Of a stretch of 64,000 nt of DNA, positions 34,190 through 47,490 are shown in pieces; positions within the stretch are counted from its first letter, which is position 1, and each line of letters begins with the position of its first letter. The stretch comes from Ostrea edulis (taxonomy: Eukaryota). The notes beneath the pieces were generated by a model. It was not told the DNA's origin, made no database searches, and saw nothing but the letters and a program-made list of their open reading frames with translations. The position numbers were made by a program, and so were the translations under genes. The stretch lies in the NCBI RefSeq assembly GCF_947568905.1, contig NC_079165.1, positions 77,624,001-77,688,000 of the forward strand, written 5' to 3'.

Positions 34190-35310
34190 TGTGAGGTGTG
34201 TGTTGTACAAGTATCCCTCAAACAAACTCTCAGTCAGACTGTCCTCGCTCTCGTTGATCAACAGACTTCCATCAAACAACGGCGTCCATGGATTTACACT
34301 GCACTTCCGTTGACCTGCTTCCGTTGACCCTCTAAACACGTGATTAATTAGTACTTACAGGTGCGAAATTTAAATGACATTTTCATGTGAATACGACGAA
34401 TAGGTCTTGACGAAGTAAGACATTTACTGACTGTTTCCAAATCAGTCCTTTAATTTAAATTTTCCTAAATGTATCATTTTCTTCTTTAAAAAAAAAAATC
34501 ACGAATGATTCGATCGCATGTACATAAAATGACCAACGTTTAGACAAATTTCATTCCGGGCTCAATTTCATTAGATCTAATCATTACTATAACATTATTC
34601 AAACTTATTTCTGGATCGTAATTATAAGGCCACCTGCTTTTATCGAGAAAACAACCCAGAGCGCCAAGTGACAAAACTGTCAAAGCTAATCTAAATGGCG
34701 GTGTCTCAATTTTTATCTTTTGGCTTTCTTTCCTTAGACCCTGTCGGTTTCGACTCTGAATTTGAAAAAAAAGATCTATTCTATGTAATTAAGAGATTGG
34801 CATTATAATGCATTATAATCCTTTATTCTTGTTTTATCATCAGAAGACCCAGTATACCTGTGTTTGACCAGTGTTTGGTCTGGTATTGAGTCATCAGGTG
34901 TGTGCATGAATGAGGTTGTATGCAGATCTACTTTCCTGTTTTGGCTTTTAAATTCAGACTTTGATGATAAAAATCGTTCTACTGATCATCATAGCTTGTA
35001 TCAATGTCAATTAGTAACAGTTGTCACAGAAAGAGGGGGAGGGGGCGTAAATGGCGGTGGTCTGAAAATGGGATTTCGTTTTATCCTTTATTTCGTTAGA
35101 TTTATGCAATTAAACCAAAGTTTAATCATGATCAGTTAAGGAGTTCCCGTGTATTTCGAAGCGTACTTGTTTTAACAAACTACCTTTTCCCCCATATTGA
35201 TGCCTCAAAAAGATTGATGTTCACCATGACTGCCGTGATATTTGGGTTCGGAAAGCCAATTGATGACATTTTCTTGACCCTGTATTTTAAGTTTTATGTA
35301 AGACTGGCAT

Positions 35311-35465
35311 CAGTGGCGTAGCTTCCATTGAGGCAACCGAGGCAGCTGCCTCGGTAAAAAAAAAAAACCCCACCTTTTACGTTGTTAAAATGTCGATAGC
35401 TTCTGGGGGGCACAGCCCCCCAGACCCCCTGCCTCGGTAATATTCGAACCCAAACTACGCCTATG
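35311..35465. mobile_element. GC-rich CAGTGGCGTAG-type MITE (PIF/Harbinger-like)
   Basis: CAGTGGCGTAGC ... ACTACGCCTATG termini with a GGGGGGCACAGCCCCCC internal hairpin. Confidence 0.55.
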
Positions 35466-36238
35466 GGTATGTTTCCCAATCTCTTCTACGAGGTACATTT
35501 ATATCATGTATATTGTAAAACAATATCATAATCAGTCAATAAATATATTAATAATTAATAATCTGAAAACCCTACCTCCTGGATCTAGTAACATCCATCT
35601 TTTGAAACACGTATCAATAGACAGATTCTTGATGCATTAATCTCACAGAATGGAATGGGAACAAACGCCTAATTTTATGTTATTTGTAAAATAAATTGTG
35701 TACGTGTCTAGACTCCCGCCATTGTGATATCACAAGAGCTCGTCTTGCAATTATGACGTCATAATGTACTGGTCATCACCGCCCACGCAAATTATTACCG
35801 ATCTCCACTATGAAACGTCATTGTCAATCGCCAACCAGTTTTGAACAGCTAGTGTACGTTGAATGCTAGAACGTGTCAAAATCAATTAATTTGAAATATA
35901 ATCATCATTTTCAGCTGTGGTGTATGACATAGTGCAGTATTTTTATTACGTGTCGATCCTTCGAGATTTTTTCACGCCGTCACCAGAGTTCTGTGGATGA
36001 AGTGCTATGTATGGCGTTCAGGTCGTAGCAGTGAGGCCATTGCCTGCTGCAACACGAAACTTTGGCTTATAAAGCGTTTTGTGAATGAATAGTCAATATC
36101 TATTTTTAAGGGTACAATCGGGGTTCGGCCCCAGAAACACTTGAATTGTAATATACATGTACTCACAAGTAGACACAACAAACACATCGCATTTATAAGT
36201 GCAAAAAATAGAAGGGGTTACAACATGTGTACAGTAGC

Positions 36239-36552
36239 CAGTGGCGGATCCAGGAATTTCATAACGGGGGGGGGGGGCGCAGTAGAAGGCTGGGGTTGCC
36301 TTGAAGCTTTGCACTGATGGGGGTGCAGGGGGCAAAGCCCCCAGAAGCTAACGAAATTGTGCCAATAAGAGATCGAGTAGGTTCTTTTTCATTTAGATAA
36401 TGAACATATAACGTCTACATACGTATATTTTGCTCTTTTGTGGACGTTTGTAATTTTTTTGGTAATGAATAAAACATATAATTGTAGGCTTTAAATTCAA
36501 ACAGGGGGGGGGGGGGGGGGGGGGGGGCGCACCGGCGCTGGATCCGCCTTTG
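36239..36552. mobile_element. GGCGGATCCAG-TIR MITE (PIF/Harbinger-like)
   Basis: CAGTGGCGGATCCAGG ... CTGGATCCGCCTTTG; internal GGGGGCAAAGCCCCC and poly-G. Confidence 0.7.
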
Positions 36553-36671
36553 GTAGCTCTGACTTTAATGACATATGCACTTTTGTCTCAATCGCTCCGA
36601 CTCGTGTTAACCTATGTACATAATGGGGATCTTTCTGTGTCCGTTAGATACAATTCTACAACGGTTATTGT

Positions 36672-36706
<35 letters not shown>

Positions 36707-36764
36707 ATATACCTTCATACGTACTAAATTAACTGATAATGAGAAAATTGATACACATCTCTAT

Positions 36765-37779
36765 GGAGCGCCAAATTAACATAAGCTCAAATAATTGAAG
36801 ATATCTTCAATTATTTGAAAACATCATCAATTCAATTATTGCTCTCTTTAATTGAATTAATGCGCGCATTAAATCAATTATTGCTCTCATCAAATGAATT
36901 AATGCGCGCTTTGAACAATTCAATTATTGCTCTCATCTTTGATGAGAGCATCAATTTAATAGAAATATTGCTCGCAATAATTAATTTAGAGCTCGGTATA
37001 AATAATTTGATGGTCTCTTTAATTCAATTGAAGATATCTTTAAATCATTTACAATGCTTTTGTATAAGGAATTAATGCGAGCATCAATTCTTTTAAAGAG
37101 AGCAACAATTCAATTAAAGATATCATTAATTCAATTGTGGATATGTTGAATTGAAGATATCTTTAATTATATAGTTGCTCTCTCTAAAAGAATTATTGCT
37201 CTCTTCAAATGAATTAAAGATATCATTAATTCAATTAAAGAGAGCAATAATTGAATTAATGCGCGCACAATCTGATTAAAATCAGCTCCTCGATCCGCTC
37301 CTTTATTTCTTTTGATTTGTCGCTACTCGAGTAGCGACAAATCAAATGAAATAAAGGAGCGGATCGAGGAGCGGATTTTAATCAGATTTAATGCGCGCAT
37401 TAAATCAAGTATTGCTCTCATCAAATGAATTAATGCGCACATCAATTCAATTATTGCTCTCATCAATTGATTTAATGCGCGCATTATATCAATTATTGCT
37501 CTCTTCAATTGAATTGTACATAGCGTGCATCAATTCAATTGTTGATATCATTAATTCATTTGAAGAGATCATTAATTCAATTAAAGCGCGCATCAAATCA
37601 GCTGAAGAATTAATTCTCTCATCAATTCAATTAATGCGCGCAATAATTCAGAATTGAAGATATCATTAATTATTTGAAGAGATCTTTGATTCAATTGTTG
37701 CGTGCATCAAATGAATTGATGATATCTTCAAATAATTGAAGATATCTTCAATTATTTGAGTTTGTTAATTTGGCGCTCC
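36765..37779. mobile_element. ~1-kb foldback element with internal AATTAATGCGCGC subrepeats; AT|GG..CC|AT termini (ISL2EU-like)
   Basis: TATGGAGCGCCAAATTAAC.. at left is the reverse complement of ..GTTAATTTGGCGCTCCATA at right; long imperfect mirror structure. Confidence 0.8.
37269..37388. mobile_element. 120-bp spacerless palindrome nested in the foldback element
   Basis: AATCTGATTAAAATCAGCTCCTCGATCCGCTCC..GTCGCTACTC|GAGTAGCGAC..GGAGCGGATCGAGGAGCGGATTTTAATCAGATT; flanked by TAATGCGCGCA on both sides. Confidence 0.75.
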
Positions 37780-38277
37780 ATATATCTCGCTTGCACTTCG
37801 AGTTTTTCTAATGCAACAATAAAGTCGATGACTGATAATTCAATTTTATAATCATAAAAATCAGTCAATATATGTTGTAAAACAAATCCATAAATGACTG
37901 AAGAGTATATAAACCATTCGTCTGCATTCCGAGAGCTGTATATCCATGTAAACACGGCGATGCACGGACAAGTTTTCCGTCAACTGTGTATCCAAAACAA
38001 TTGATATATGGATTAACATTAAACTAAATACATGAATTTTTTTTTTTCAAAATAGATTTAGAATACCCCTAGTCCCCTACCATCTCACCTTTTTCGCCAG
38101 CAAAAATCAATGTTGGCCGTTTCGGAAAACTGCCATGACGTCACCGTGACTTAATTCGTAGCTATATAAGAAAGCGATCGGCTGTATATTTCTGAGCCGT
38201 AGTAAAATAGAAATAAAGTTCTTGTTTTTATGTATGTTTCAGGATAACCTCCTTGGTCTCGAAATGTTGTTTGAAAT

Positions 38278-38502
38278 CACAGGGGCTAAGCCCGTTTTGG
38301 GCCTGAACTATATAGAAAGGGGTCTAACTCTGACACAGATAAAAAAAACTAACCACTCGCTTCAAATGCCTAAAAAATCTTAAACTAGGTAAGCTATGCG
38401 TAATTTGTCGTTTTCCTTGCATAGATTAATGTTTTAACTACTTGCATGCCAAATTTCAAGTCACTGGTTTTTAAAATAACAAAAACGGGCTTAGCCCCTG
38501 TG
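38278..38502. mobile_element. hAT-type MITE, 8-bp TSD
   Basis: TTTGAAAT|CACAGGGGCTAAGCCCGTTTT ... AAAACGGGCTTAGCCCCTGTG|TTTGAAAT. Confidence 0.88.
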
Positions 38503-39059
38503 TTTGAAATGTAAAAGCCTCGGCTAACGCCCCAGCTTTTATATTGTCGTCAAGGTCAAGGGGTGCATTGGCTGTCCCGTTTACAGTAACGAAATGGTCA
38601 ACTATATGATATTTCAGTTAAATCTAGTTTAATTATATTTAAATTTTAATAGATACATATAAATATAAACAATGAAATGTCACTCTTTGTTGTTTTATAG
38701 GGTGATAAAGGTAGCTAGCATTGCAGGGGAAAAAATCATAATTGTATGACGCCAAATAGTAAAGGGTGAAAATTAGCCAAATTGTGTTCGTTTGTTCTTG
38801 GCAGAATGAGGGAGGCATAACTATCATTATTACTAACAGTGAAGACGCTTGAGCAGATTTTTGAAAAGAAAATTTTAACCTCATTATTCCCACGAAAACT
38901 TTTGAACCCATGTTAAAACCCAACCTAAGACAAAAGCGGTTATGACTTAACCCAACTTGAAACGCAACTTGTATTCCCTTATGTTCATGTATCATGTAAA
39001 ATTTTACCTTTTTTCCATATGTAAAGAAAATTCTAATTTCCCAACCATGTAAAACTTGG

Positions 39060-40158
39060 AATCAGTATATTCACGACTTATCATAGCATAGCTGTTCAAA
39101 CAAAAAAAAGATTTCTAAAGACTTTTTATTATACATATATTACCATGTAAACTTTGAACCCCTGTTGTGGCCTCATCCAACCTCCGGGAGTCACAAATGG
39201 AACAAACCTGACTCCATTACTTGAGGATATTTGCATTTATGACTTATCATGACCCTGTTGTTCTTGAGAAAAATATTTGATAATATATTGTGATCCCGCC
39301 CTATCCACTGTAATAATGATTTAAACAAACTTGAATATGTACTACATCGGGATGCTTGCACATGCAGGGGCGTAGCCAGGGTACTTTTGATGTCGACACC
39401 CTATTAGGCAGTGGGGGTGGGGGGGGGGGGGGCTTAAGGCCCCAATGAGTCCCGGGCAAAGCCCTGGTGGGGGCCCAGGGGCGAAGCTGGTAAATTTTAG
39501 GCGATTTCGATGTGTATATTCGACCCTCCTGAACACATTTTTCGTACACTTTATAAAATTTGTTACGCAGCCATATTCGAGGTCTGTTCTGTTTTTGTAC
39601 GGAATGCGGAGAAACACTTGTAAACTCTCAAAAATGAGAAAGATAGAGTGTTAACTGGTTTTGACAGACCAAGTAATTGACTGATTGTAGGAGAAGACAA
39701 ATATAATTGTCATATATATTGCCCTTCACTACCTTTTGATATTTTAACCCCAACCCCCCCCCCTCTCTCTCTCTCTTTGTTCTTGTTACAAAAACGATTG
39801 TACGCCTGGCTACGCGCCTGATATGAATATGATTTATTAAGGCCTTGTTGTAATCCGCTATTGTGGCCCCTACCACCCGAATCAATTATTTGAACGAACA
39901 ATTTCGAATTCGAATCTGCATTCTTAAAGAAAGATTTCACATAGGTTTTGTCTTTTCTGGTCCAGTGGTTCCTGAGAACATATTTTAAAGACGAACCATC
40001 ATTTCGCTATTTCTTGATCATCTCCTCTTTAAAAAAGGATGTGACCCTTCAACATGGACTAATGGCAAGTTCGGTTGAAATTGACCCAATGGTTCTGGAG
40101 ATGTAAATTATGTGTAAACTTTGAAGACGGACGAAGGACGATAGGTGATCAGGAAAAT

Positions 40159-40189
<31 letters not shown>

Positions 40190-40190
40190 T
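39060..40190 (+). mobile_element. Degenerate Helentron/HINE interrupted by a MITE at 39365-39820
   Basis: Cg170-like units and terminal CTCACTTGAGCTTTCAGCTCAGGTGAGCTAA; insert with termini CAGGGGCGTAGCCAGG / CCTGGCTACGCGCCTG. Confidence 0.65.
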
Positions 40191-41767
40191 AAGTGGACCA
40201 AGATAAAGTAAGAGACCGCCATACACAGGCTCGTGATGAATACCAGTGACTGACCTTCACAAAGGATAAAGGCCTGACACCTTAACCATCATTGTCAAGT
40301 TTTTAATGTCTCACAGCATCATTAAATAGTCACATTTGTACCAGACAGGGTTACACCCATGTCGGGTTCGGCCACAACATTCAAGATTACGAAAACGAAA
40401 CTTTAGAGTTGAAATAAGTTTATTTGAATTAAAGTTCCTGTGATGTCATCAGATTTTGCAAAATCAATGATTTGTTTAGATTTATGCATGATATGAACAT
40501 AAATTTTGTTAGAGTCTTTTCCGATAGTTATTGTACAAAATCTAGTTAAAAATAAACTATTTCAAAAGTCTAAGTTATAGATGAATAATCCATGATACTT
40601 TTTAAAATATTGAATCCAATGGCAATAACTCGGGTTTTTTTTTATTGATTTCTTTGTCAAGTCTATTATGTGATAGATTTCCTTTATTTTTATAGACATT
40701 TTGTATATTTTTGTGAAGATAGTTTCATAAAATTGTTATGAATGCAATTATATCGTCATAACCAGTTTGTATGAAATTTTGATAAGGCTGTTTAAGGAAA
40801 ATTGCATGCAATTTTCTGACGGTGCCATATATGATTCTGTTTAAGTACGTCTCTCGCATTTTAAAAAGTGTGATGACCTATATATTTTAATTGATAATTT
40901 GTTAGTTTTAACTCTAATAAATGGAAATAAATACACTTTTAAAATTTGTATCAGATAAAACTACGAGTATGGATTTACCTTAATGGTGGGAATATCTCGT
41001 GCTATATTTAACCGCTCCATATCCCGACACTGAGAGGCCGGAACGCACCCGTCATCGAGTCAATATTATACAATTTGCTTGATATCAGTTACGAAAATTA
41101 ATTTAGACACTCGCCCGTTCATCCCCCCAGTGGATTTCCCCAAACATTTTACAACGAGATTACAATTTGGGACGTTTTAGTATACTAAAGGAGGTATACT
41201 GCCTAACCTACTACGGGGACATAATCGCTTCCTGTAGATTCCTCTGCATCTATATTTCATGAAAAGATGTTTTAAAATACTTTTAGTGTACGATATAGCA
41301 GTGGTCATTTTGAATATACGAGAGTAGTGTAAAGCAACAACAGAAAATGAACGATAATATGTCTAAAGTTAGAAATCACCTACATTAATTTGGCAAGGAA
41401 AATACAAAAGAGATTCCCTGGCTTAGTGCATTTAGACTAATGTTTCAGTACTGAAGAGTTTTCAGGTGTTGATCGAGTACCTATACAATCTCTTCAATCG
41501 TCTAAAATCGTTACTGTTAGGGTGGAACTATGTTGACGCCTTTGACAATTCTTCGTCCCATGACTTTGTACGACTGTGAAGCTGTCACTTTAGACACAAA
41601 GAGGAACGCCCATTAGGGTAAAAAGTCATTTTGATTTTATTAGGCTGATACAAGACGTACATATCAAACAACAATATACTTTAAACAGAGACAGTAATGG
41701 TTACATACTACTTAAATGTATATAGGCATCTGCAACTTGGTTTACATTGTGAAATTAATACATTGTA

Positions 41768-41993
41768 CAGAGGCGGACCCCCTTTCGTAGGATAATTTTT
41801 ACCCAGAAAATGGTTAATTTGTGTCATCTTTATGGTGCAATTCCCTTTCCGTATCATCTAGTGGTATTGCTGTTTTAATGTAAAGCGCTTAGAGTAATTT
41901 GTTTTATTATATAATGCGCTATATAAATACTGTAAATAATAATAATCTAAGGTAACAACACACACCCCTGAAAATATTTTGGATCCGCCCCTG
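41768..41993. mobile_element. GGCGGA-TIR MITE (PIF/Harbinger-like)
   Basis: CAGAGGCGGACCCC ... GGATCCGCCCCTG. Confidence 0.55.
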
Positions 41994-42695
41994 TTGTGTA
42001 TTTCAAATTTGCTTGGACTAGTGGTCATGGACTTCATAAAGCATCTACAATATTTTTCTTAATCATGAAAATCAGAAAGAATATTATTCTACATAGCTTT
42101 CCGTGGATCAACACATCAACAGCTTCAAATGGAATGTATGAAAGTACAAAACTTAACTTAGTATACATGTATTCAACAAAAGCATAGCCCCCTTAAAACT
42201 TAAACACATTTTCCACACTGGCTTTCTGATAACAAATATTTCTTACAAAAACTGAATTAACAATCATCTTAATAATTCCATTGCTTGCGTAATCCAACAA
42301 ACATACACACAAAAAACTATGACTAATCAGACCTGAATAAAACATACACAAAATATTGGAGTACAAAATTTCGTATCATTAATACACAAACCGGTTACAT
42401 CATTTAAATGCTATAGTTTTTTCCCCTGAAAACATACCGGCACACATACAAGCATGACACAATGACATAAATCTACTACCTGGATTTTGTAGAATATTCA
42501 CCTAGACTTGCTGTCATATTTCTTTTTCCGCTTTGCAAACAATATCATCAATGTTTAAATATCAGAGAAAACTGTTCCATTGGATAATACTGAACACGTG
42601 GTACACTTTGATTATCTGACAGCAGATGGCACTAGCAATGGCGGGTAGAATGCCGAGGTGGATGTGATATCTTACTCTCAACGATGATGGCGCCG

Positions 42696-45600
42696 TCAGT
42701 CCAGGATAGAGCGTGTTTTACCAAAGTTCATCCCACTTTGAGAGGCCCCCCGATTTGACCCTGCTTGTAGACCTATCACTGTCTGTCCCGCCTTCATTGT
42801 ATCCTCATCAAAATTCCTAGGGTTGTAGTCGGCCTCTTTGGGACCTAACGCAGGACCCTGAAAACCGTTCTTCTGGGTCTGCAAATGCAAAAATAATTAA
42901 GATCAGCCAAGTCAAAACTATATCTTTAATTTGTAATATAAAATGCGTTCTGCTTTAAGATACATATATATTTTCAATGACATTCTAATCAGAACATTCC
43001 AAGGTCTTCATTAGCGAACGTTTGTCATTTCATAGTCTTGTCCCATGATCCCCTGTTCTACGATTCGTAGCCATTTCATAGACCGTATTCGTGGAAAAAC
43101 GCTTGACGACGTCGTACGTTATCGAACATCACAGAAATGAAATATGCGCGTATGAGCATGCGCAATATGATTGATTTACCTTCTCGACTAGACTCAGGGT
43201 GAGTATATTATACACACGTGTCTAACAGTTACATATGTACGAACATCAGGGGCGGATCCAGGAATTGCGGTTAGGAGGGGCGTCACTTTGTGAGGCAGTG
43301 GGTCCAGGGCGAAGCCCTCATGGGGATCCAGGGGGCGAAGCCCCCGGAAGCTCCTGGATTGTACAGATTTATGGGGCTTGAAATATTTTTCCTATTTAGT
43401 CATTTGTACTATTTACTATCATTTTTTAAAGGTGAAATTAATAAAATGACCCAAATTTTAAGTTTTTTTTGGGGGGAAAATTAAGTTCTCCCAATAAAGT
43501 AATTCAAGAAATCAAAAGATTTTGTAATCTATTTCTCCGGGAGTGGAAGAAATTATTGCTTCTTTTATCGTTTAGTACATTTTCCGAAACAAGATACCGC
43601 GATTTACCTTAAATTTGAAAATTTTAGGGTGGGGGGTGCTAAATCCCCCAATGAACATGCACAGCTACAATCGACAAGAATAGCGTATAGCCTACTATTC
43701 TTTAAGTTGGATCATACTATTAGTATGTTTATTGTCTTAAATTGGTTTTACTAAAATCTGTCTGTCTGCATTTCGTGTTACCGTTGCTCGCTTTATATAT
43801 GCTTACAGCATGAAAAGATTGGAATTTTCATGTGCAGCGACTGTCAGCAAGCGTTATTTAAGAAGTGAATATTGCACTTCCTGAAGTATACCGGCTTGAA
43901 GCATTGCAGTTCATACCCTGATGTATTTTCAAAAATGAAATTTATATTTTGTATCATTTTTGTCGGAACTCCCAGCCGTTAAAGTAGACATACTGTATTT
44001 ATATGTATTCAGACATGCATTGCTCACACGCACCCATGAGGAAATGGCTCTTGAAGGCCCATTGGAAATGTAAATAATACGGAATGAACATGTTAATTTC
44101 AATCACGGCGCTGTTGAAAGCAATATCTGAGCTAAATGTCTCGTCCGAGAAATACTGACACTAACCTCGGACAGTCAGCATAAAGCGATAAACGTTTACA
44201 AAATAAAGAACAGAATTTGACTAAGCGCATGCGAGGCGGTCAAGTCGCTATAGGAATAGCAACAATGTATAGAAAGGGGAAAATCGAACTGTAATGAAAG
44301 TTTCAAGCTGTTCAAAATACTTTTTCATTCTGGTTCCTTACCAATCGCCCCAATGCAAAAATTCCGTTAACAACTTGCGTCATATTTTGCCGTTCATATA
44401 GGTCCACTACTTGGAAGAGATCGATCTCTCTGCAGCCATAGTCCTGGGCAGCTTTCAGGAAACTCTCAATATTTTCCATCATTTTAAAGGCCATAGTGTT
44501 TTCATTAATTTTCCTTATGGTACCTGGTTTTATGGCATTCATTAATCTGAAATAAATGGGCGATAAAAAATTCTTTAAATTCCATGTAATGCTAAATTAT
44601 ATTGGATGTTTTAAAAATTAAAACAATCATCTCTATGCAATATTCCACAGAACATATCTCTCGGGAATCCTGGGCCCCAGAGAGCTACAGGTCTGCAGTC
44701 ACATTCCCATCTCCCCCTAAAACAATTAAATATCTTTTAATCCGGAGTGCCGATCCCAAATCTTTTCTATATACATTTTTACCGGTCACAATCATTTCTT
44801 TAGGCCATCATTAAAAATATTTTTGTTTGATGTACTCCGACCCACATTTTTCAAGGTGGGTCGGTAGGTAGGTGTTTTTGTTTGTTTGTTTTTTAATGTC
44901 ATGAAATTTTTTAATATTTAGTTTTAAAGTAAGGAGAATTTTCTATTTTTCAAGGGAACCAAAAAAAAAAAAAAAAGAAATTTAAAATTGCTGCAAAAAA
45001 ATGATCGGGTAGGAGCAAATTTGACGGGTCGGTCGGAGTACATCAAACAAATCAATTTTTATTTTGGGCCTTATAAAGAACTTGAAATTACTGATAAAGT
45101 CTATACGACCTACTTAAACTATACACACAAAGATCTACTAGGAGTGTCAAGAAACAAAACAAAAACAAAAAAACAAAAAACAAAAACAAAAAACAACCCT
45201 GATCCTAAAAACTGGAACACTTCCCTATCTCTTTTTTCCAAACAAACACGGAAATATACTATCTTTTGCCTATAAATAGAATTCATTTAGTAAACTTACC
45301 TGCACAGAATAACACCATTCTTAAGGGCCCCCTGGAAATCTCGCTCTCCCAACGGCGTGTTTTGATCCGCTCCCTTAATATATAAAATGACAGAAAATTG
45401 TGAACGAACTATAAATAATAAAAGAGAAAGAGAGAGAAGGTAGGATTCATTAAATTTTAAGTTCAGTTGACAGGAGGACTCCTGAGAGTACGCATCGCAA
45501 CTTCTCGGGTCTTTCCGGACAGCGGAAATTCAAATTACATGCACGGCACTAGCACGGAGTACATGCTTTGGTATTCATTTTATCTGAGTGGAGTTGAGTT

Positions 45601-46922
45601 GCGGGCCCACAGTTAGACACAAAGTATATATATTATAGTGAATTACAAGCACAATGATTATGGCAATTTCTTTCCTATGTCAGTCTACATATACTTACCG
45701 GTACCAACTCCATATCCAGTACTGCTTCAATCCACAGGCGGGCACCTTGCTCCAATTTCTCGTCGTATTTTCCCTTAATCTACGACAAAATTGGTAAAAC
45801 AGTCATCCATTTAAAACTGCATTTTACGAAAAATGATAGGTTACTTCCCTTGACAGGGTGAAAAACGCGTTTATGTCAGTATTGTATGATTATCTTGTTT
45901 GTGTGCTTATGTTTATAAAGTTTATGGTTTCATTTTACACTAGACAGACATGATATTATACTAATTTTGATTAATTAGGCAGTGTACTGTGTTTTATATC
46001 AGAATATCAAGGAGATATGTGGAATTTTTACCATTCAGCATCAACAAGAGACAGACTAATAATGAGCTACATCATGCAACAAATATTAAAGTCTAAATAG
46101 AAATTGAGAGTAGACTTGAAAGCAACAAACGGTTTTTGTCCGAAAAACTTATTTCCTAGGGTCTACTGACTCATAGGTCAAAATTGTGGGTCAGAAAGAA
46201 TATTAACAATTTGGACACAGTTACAGACTAATATTCATAAATAATTTCTTTTGTTCTGACAAGGATTCATATCTCCAAAGATTTTATGAAGATCGATGCT
46301 AATGATATTGATTATATATGAAGTATATGGAGACAATCTAAGAAATATGCTTCAAACCATTACTTTATTAATCCTGAAACACGTTTGCTACGACCCACAT
46401 TTGCTACGACCCAGTTTAAAGGGGCAACCCTGTATCAAATAATTCACTGGTGCTTGGGTTAAGCCCCACCCCCGGGTAGCCTACAAGAGTTGATTTAATG
46501 TTGAAAATCTCTCTAATGCATGTCAACTAAGTCTTACATATCCTCAAAATTCCAAAATAACTTAATTCCTTTCAAAAAATACCCTCACTGGATATTATAA
46601 CAGAAAAGGTATTTTGTTGACAAGCATTATAGAGATTTTCAACAAAAAATAATTAAATCAACTCATGTAATTAGTTATTCTGGGGGATGAACCCACGAAC
46701 CTGTGATTATGGGGGCACCTTCACTAACTAAGGCCTGGGGGTGACGCTCCACGGCGTGGAAAGAAACACCGCGCGGCGTCACCCTTGGTTGGCGAAAAGT
46801 GTCATTGGGAACTATACTGATTTTGTGCATGGGAGAAATTTTATGCTAGGACACCACCCGTCATTTCTCACCTTCCTCTGCACTTCACCCGTCAATCCAT
46901 AGGCATGGGGCCTATGTGCCAT
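42696..46922 (-). CDS. Myophilin / muscle-specific protein 20 / transgelin-like calponin-homology protein, 5 coding exons, 197 aa
   Basis: Exons 46922-46872, 45779-45699, 45373-45300, 44546-44342, 42878-42696; GT-AG with matching phases, 594 nt. MAHRPHAYGLTGEVQRK start, CH domain (ALKNGVILCRLMNAIKPG, MENIESFL, DLFQVVDLYE), one calponin repeat VIGLQAGSNRGASQSGMNFGKTRSI. Confidence 0.96.
43246..43635. mobile_element. AGGGGCGGATCCAGG-type MITE in myophilin intron 4; right end degenerate
   Basis: CAGGGGCGGATCCAGGAATT start and GGGGGCGAAGCCCCCGGAAGCT internal motif. Confidence 0.6.
44803..45070. mobile_element. MITE with TTA TSD (Harbinger/Zator-like)
   Basis: TTA|GGCC..TTTGTTTGATGTACTCCGACC ... 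GGTCGGAGTACATCAAACAAA..GGCC|TTA. Confidence 0.8.
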
Positions 46923-47046
46923 GTCGTCTGCAAAATAAAACAAAAAATAATTATATAAGTTAGATTTATTGATAAGAAACGAATTTGAAATATATGCACT
47001 AGTATGTGAAGAAAACATTACCAACAAATTATCTTTCATGTTATTC

Positions 47047-47122
47047 AATCTAATTAAAATCAGATCTTTGATCCGCTCCTGTAATATCATGATCACTTAC
47101 GAGCGGATCAAAGATCTGATTT
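47047..47122. mobile_element. Short palindromic remnant related to 37269-37388
   Basis: AAATCAGATCTTTGATCCGCTC ... GAGCGGATCAAAGATCTGATTT. Confidence 0.6.
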
Positions 47123-47410
47123 CAAATTGTCATTTTATTGTACTTTCTATTTGAAACTGACAAACACAAAATGAATAATTTTGTTCATGCTATTTGTGTG
47201 GGGTTTTGAGTTTCACACAGAAAAACGGTCAGTACCTGTTGAGGAAACCAATTGGGGCATGAAGAACATAGATCTTGTTTAGCAATTACGTTGACAGGAG
47301 GTATATAGACTTGAATGAGTTTCACCGTCATTTGAATAGCGAAGAACATAAGGTGGCAATGAAAGCTGGTAACTGGATAGACTTTCACAGATGTAGTGCA
47401 TTACATGTCT

Positions 47411-47412
<2 letters not shown>

Positions 47413-47482
<70 letters not shown>

Positions 47483-47490
47483 AATATATA
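47413..47490. repeat. Compound (TC)n(TA)n microsatellite
   Basis: Directly visible. Confidence 0.95.

Noticed and set aside
34190-34359. Longer N-terminus starting at 34339, and a donor at 34359
   Set aside because: The track start is GTG; the first ATG is 34189. The GTAAGTAC donor may mark a 5' UTR exon but I found no convincing acceptor, so it is not called.
36815-37657. Leu/Ile-rich ORFs (coiled-coil or LRR-like)
   Set aside because: Translations of the foldback element subrepeats.
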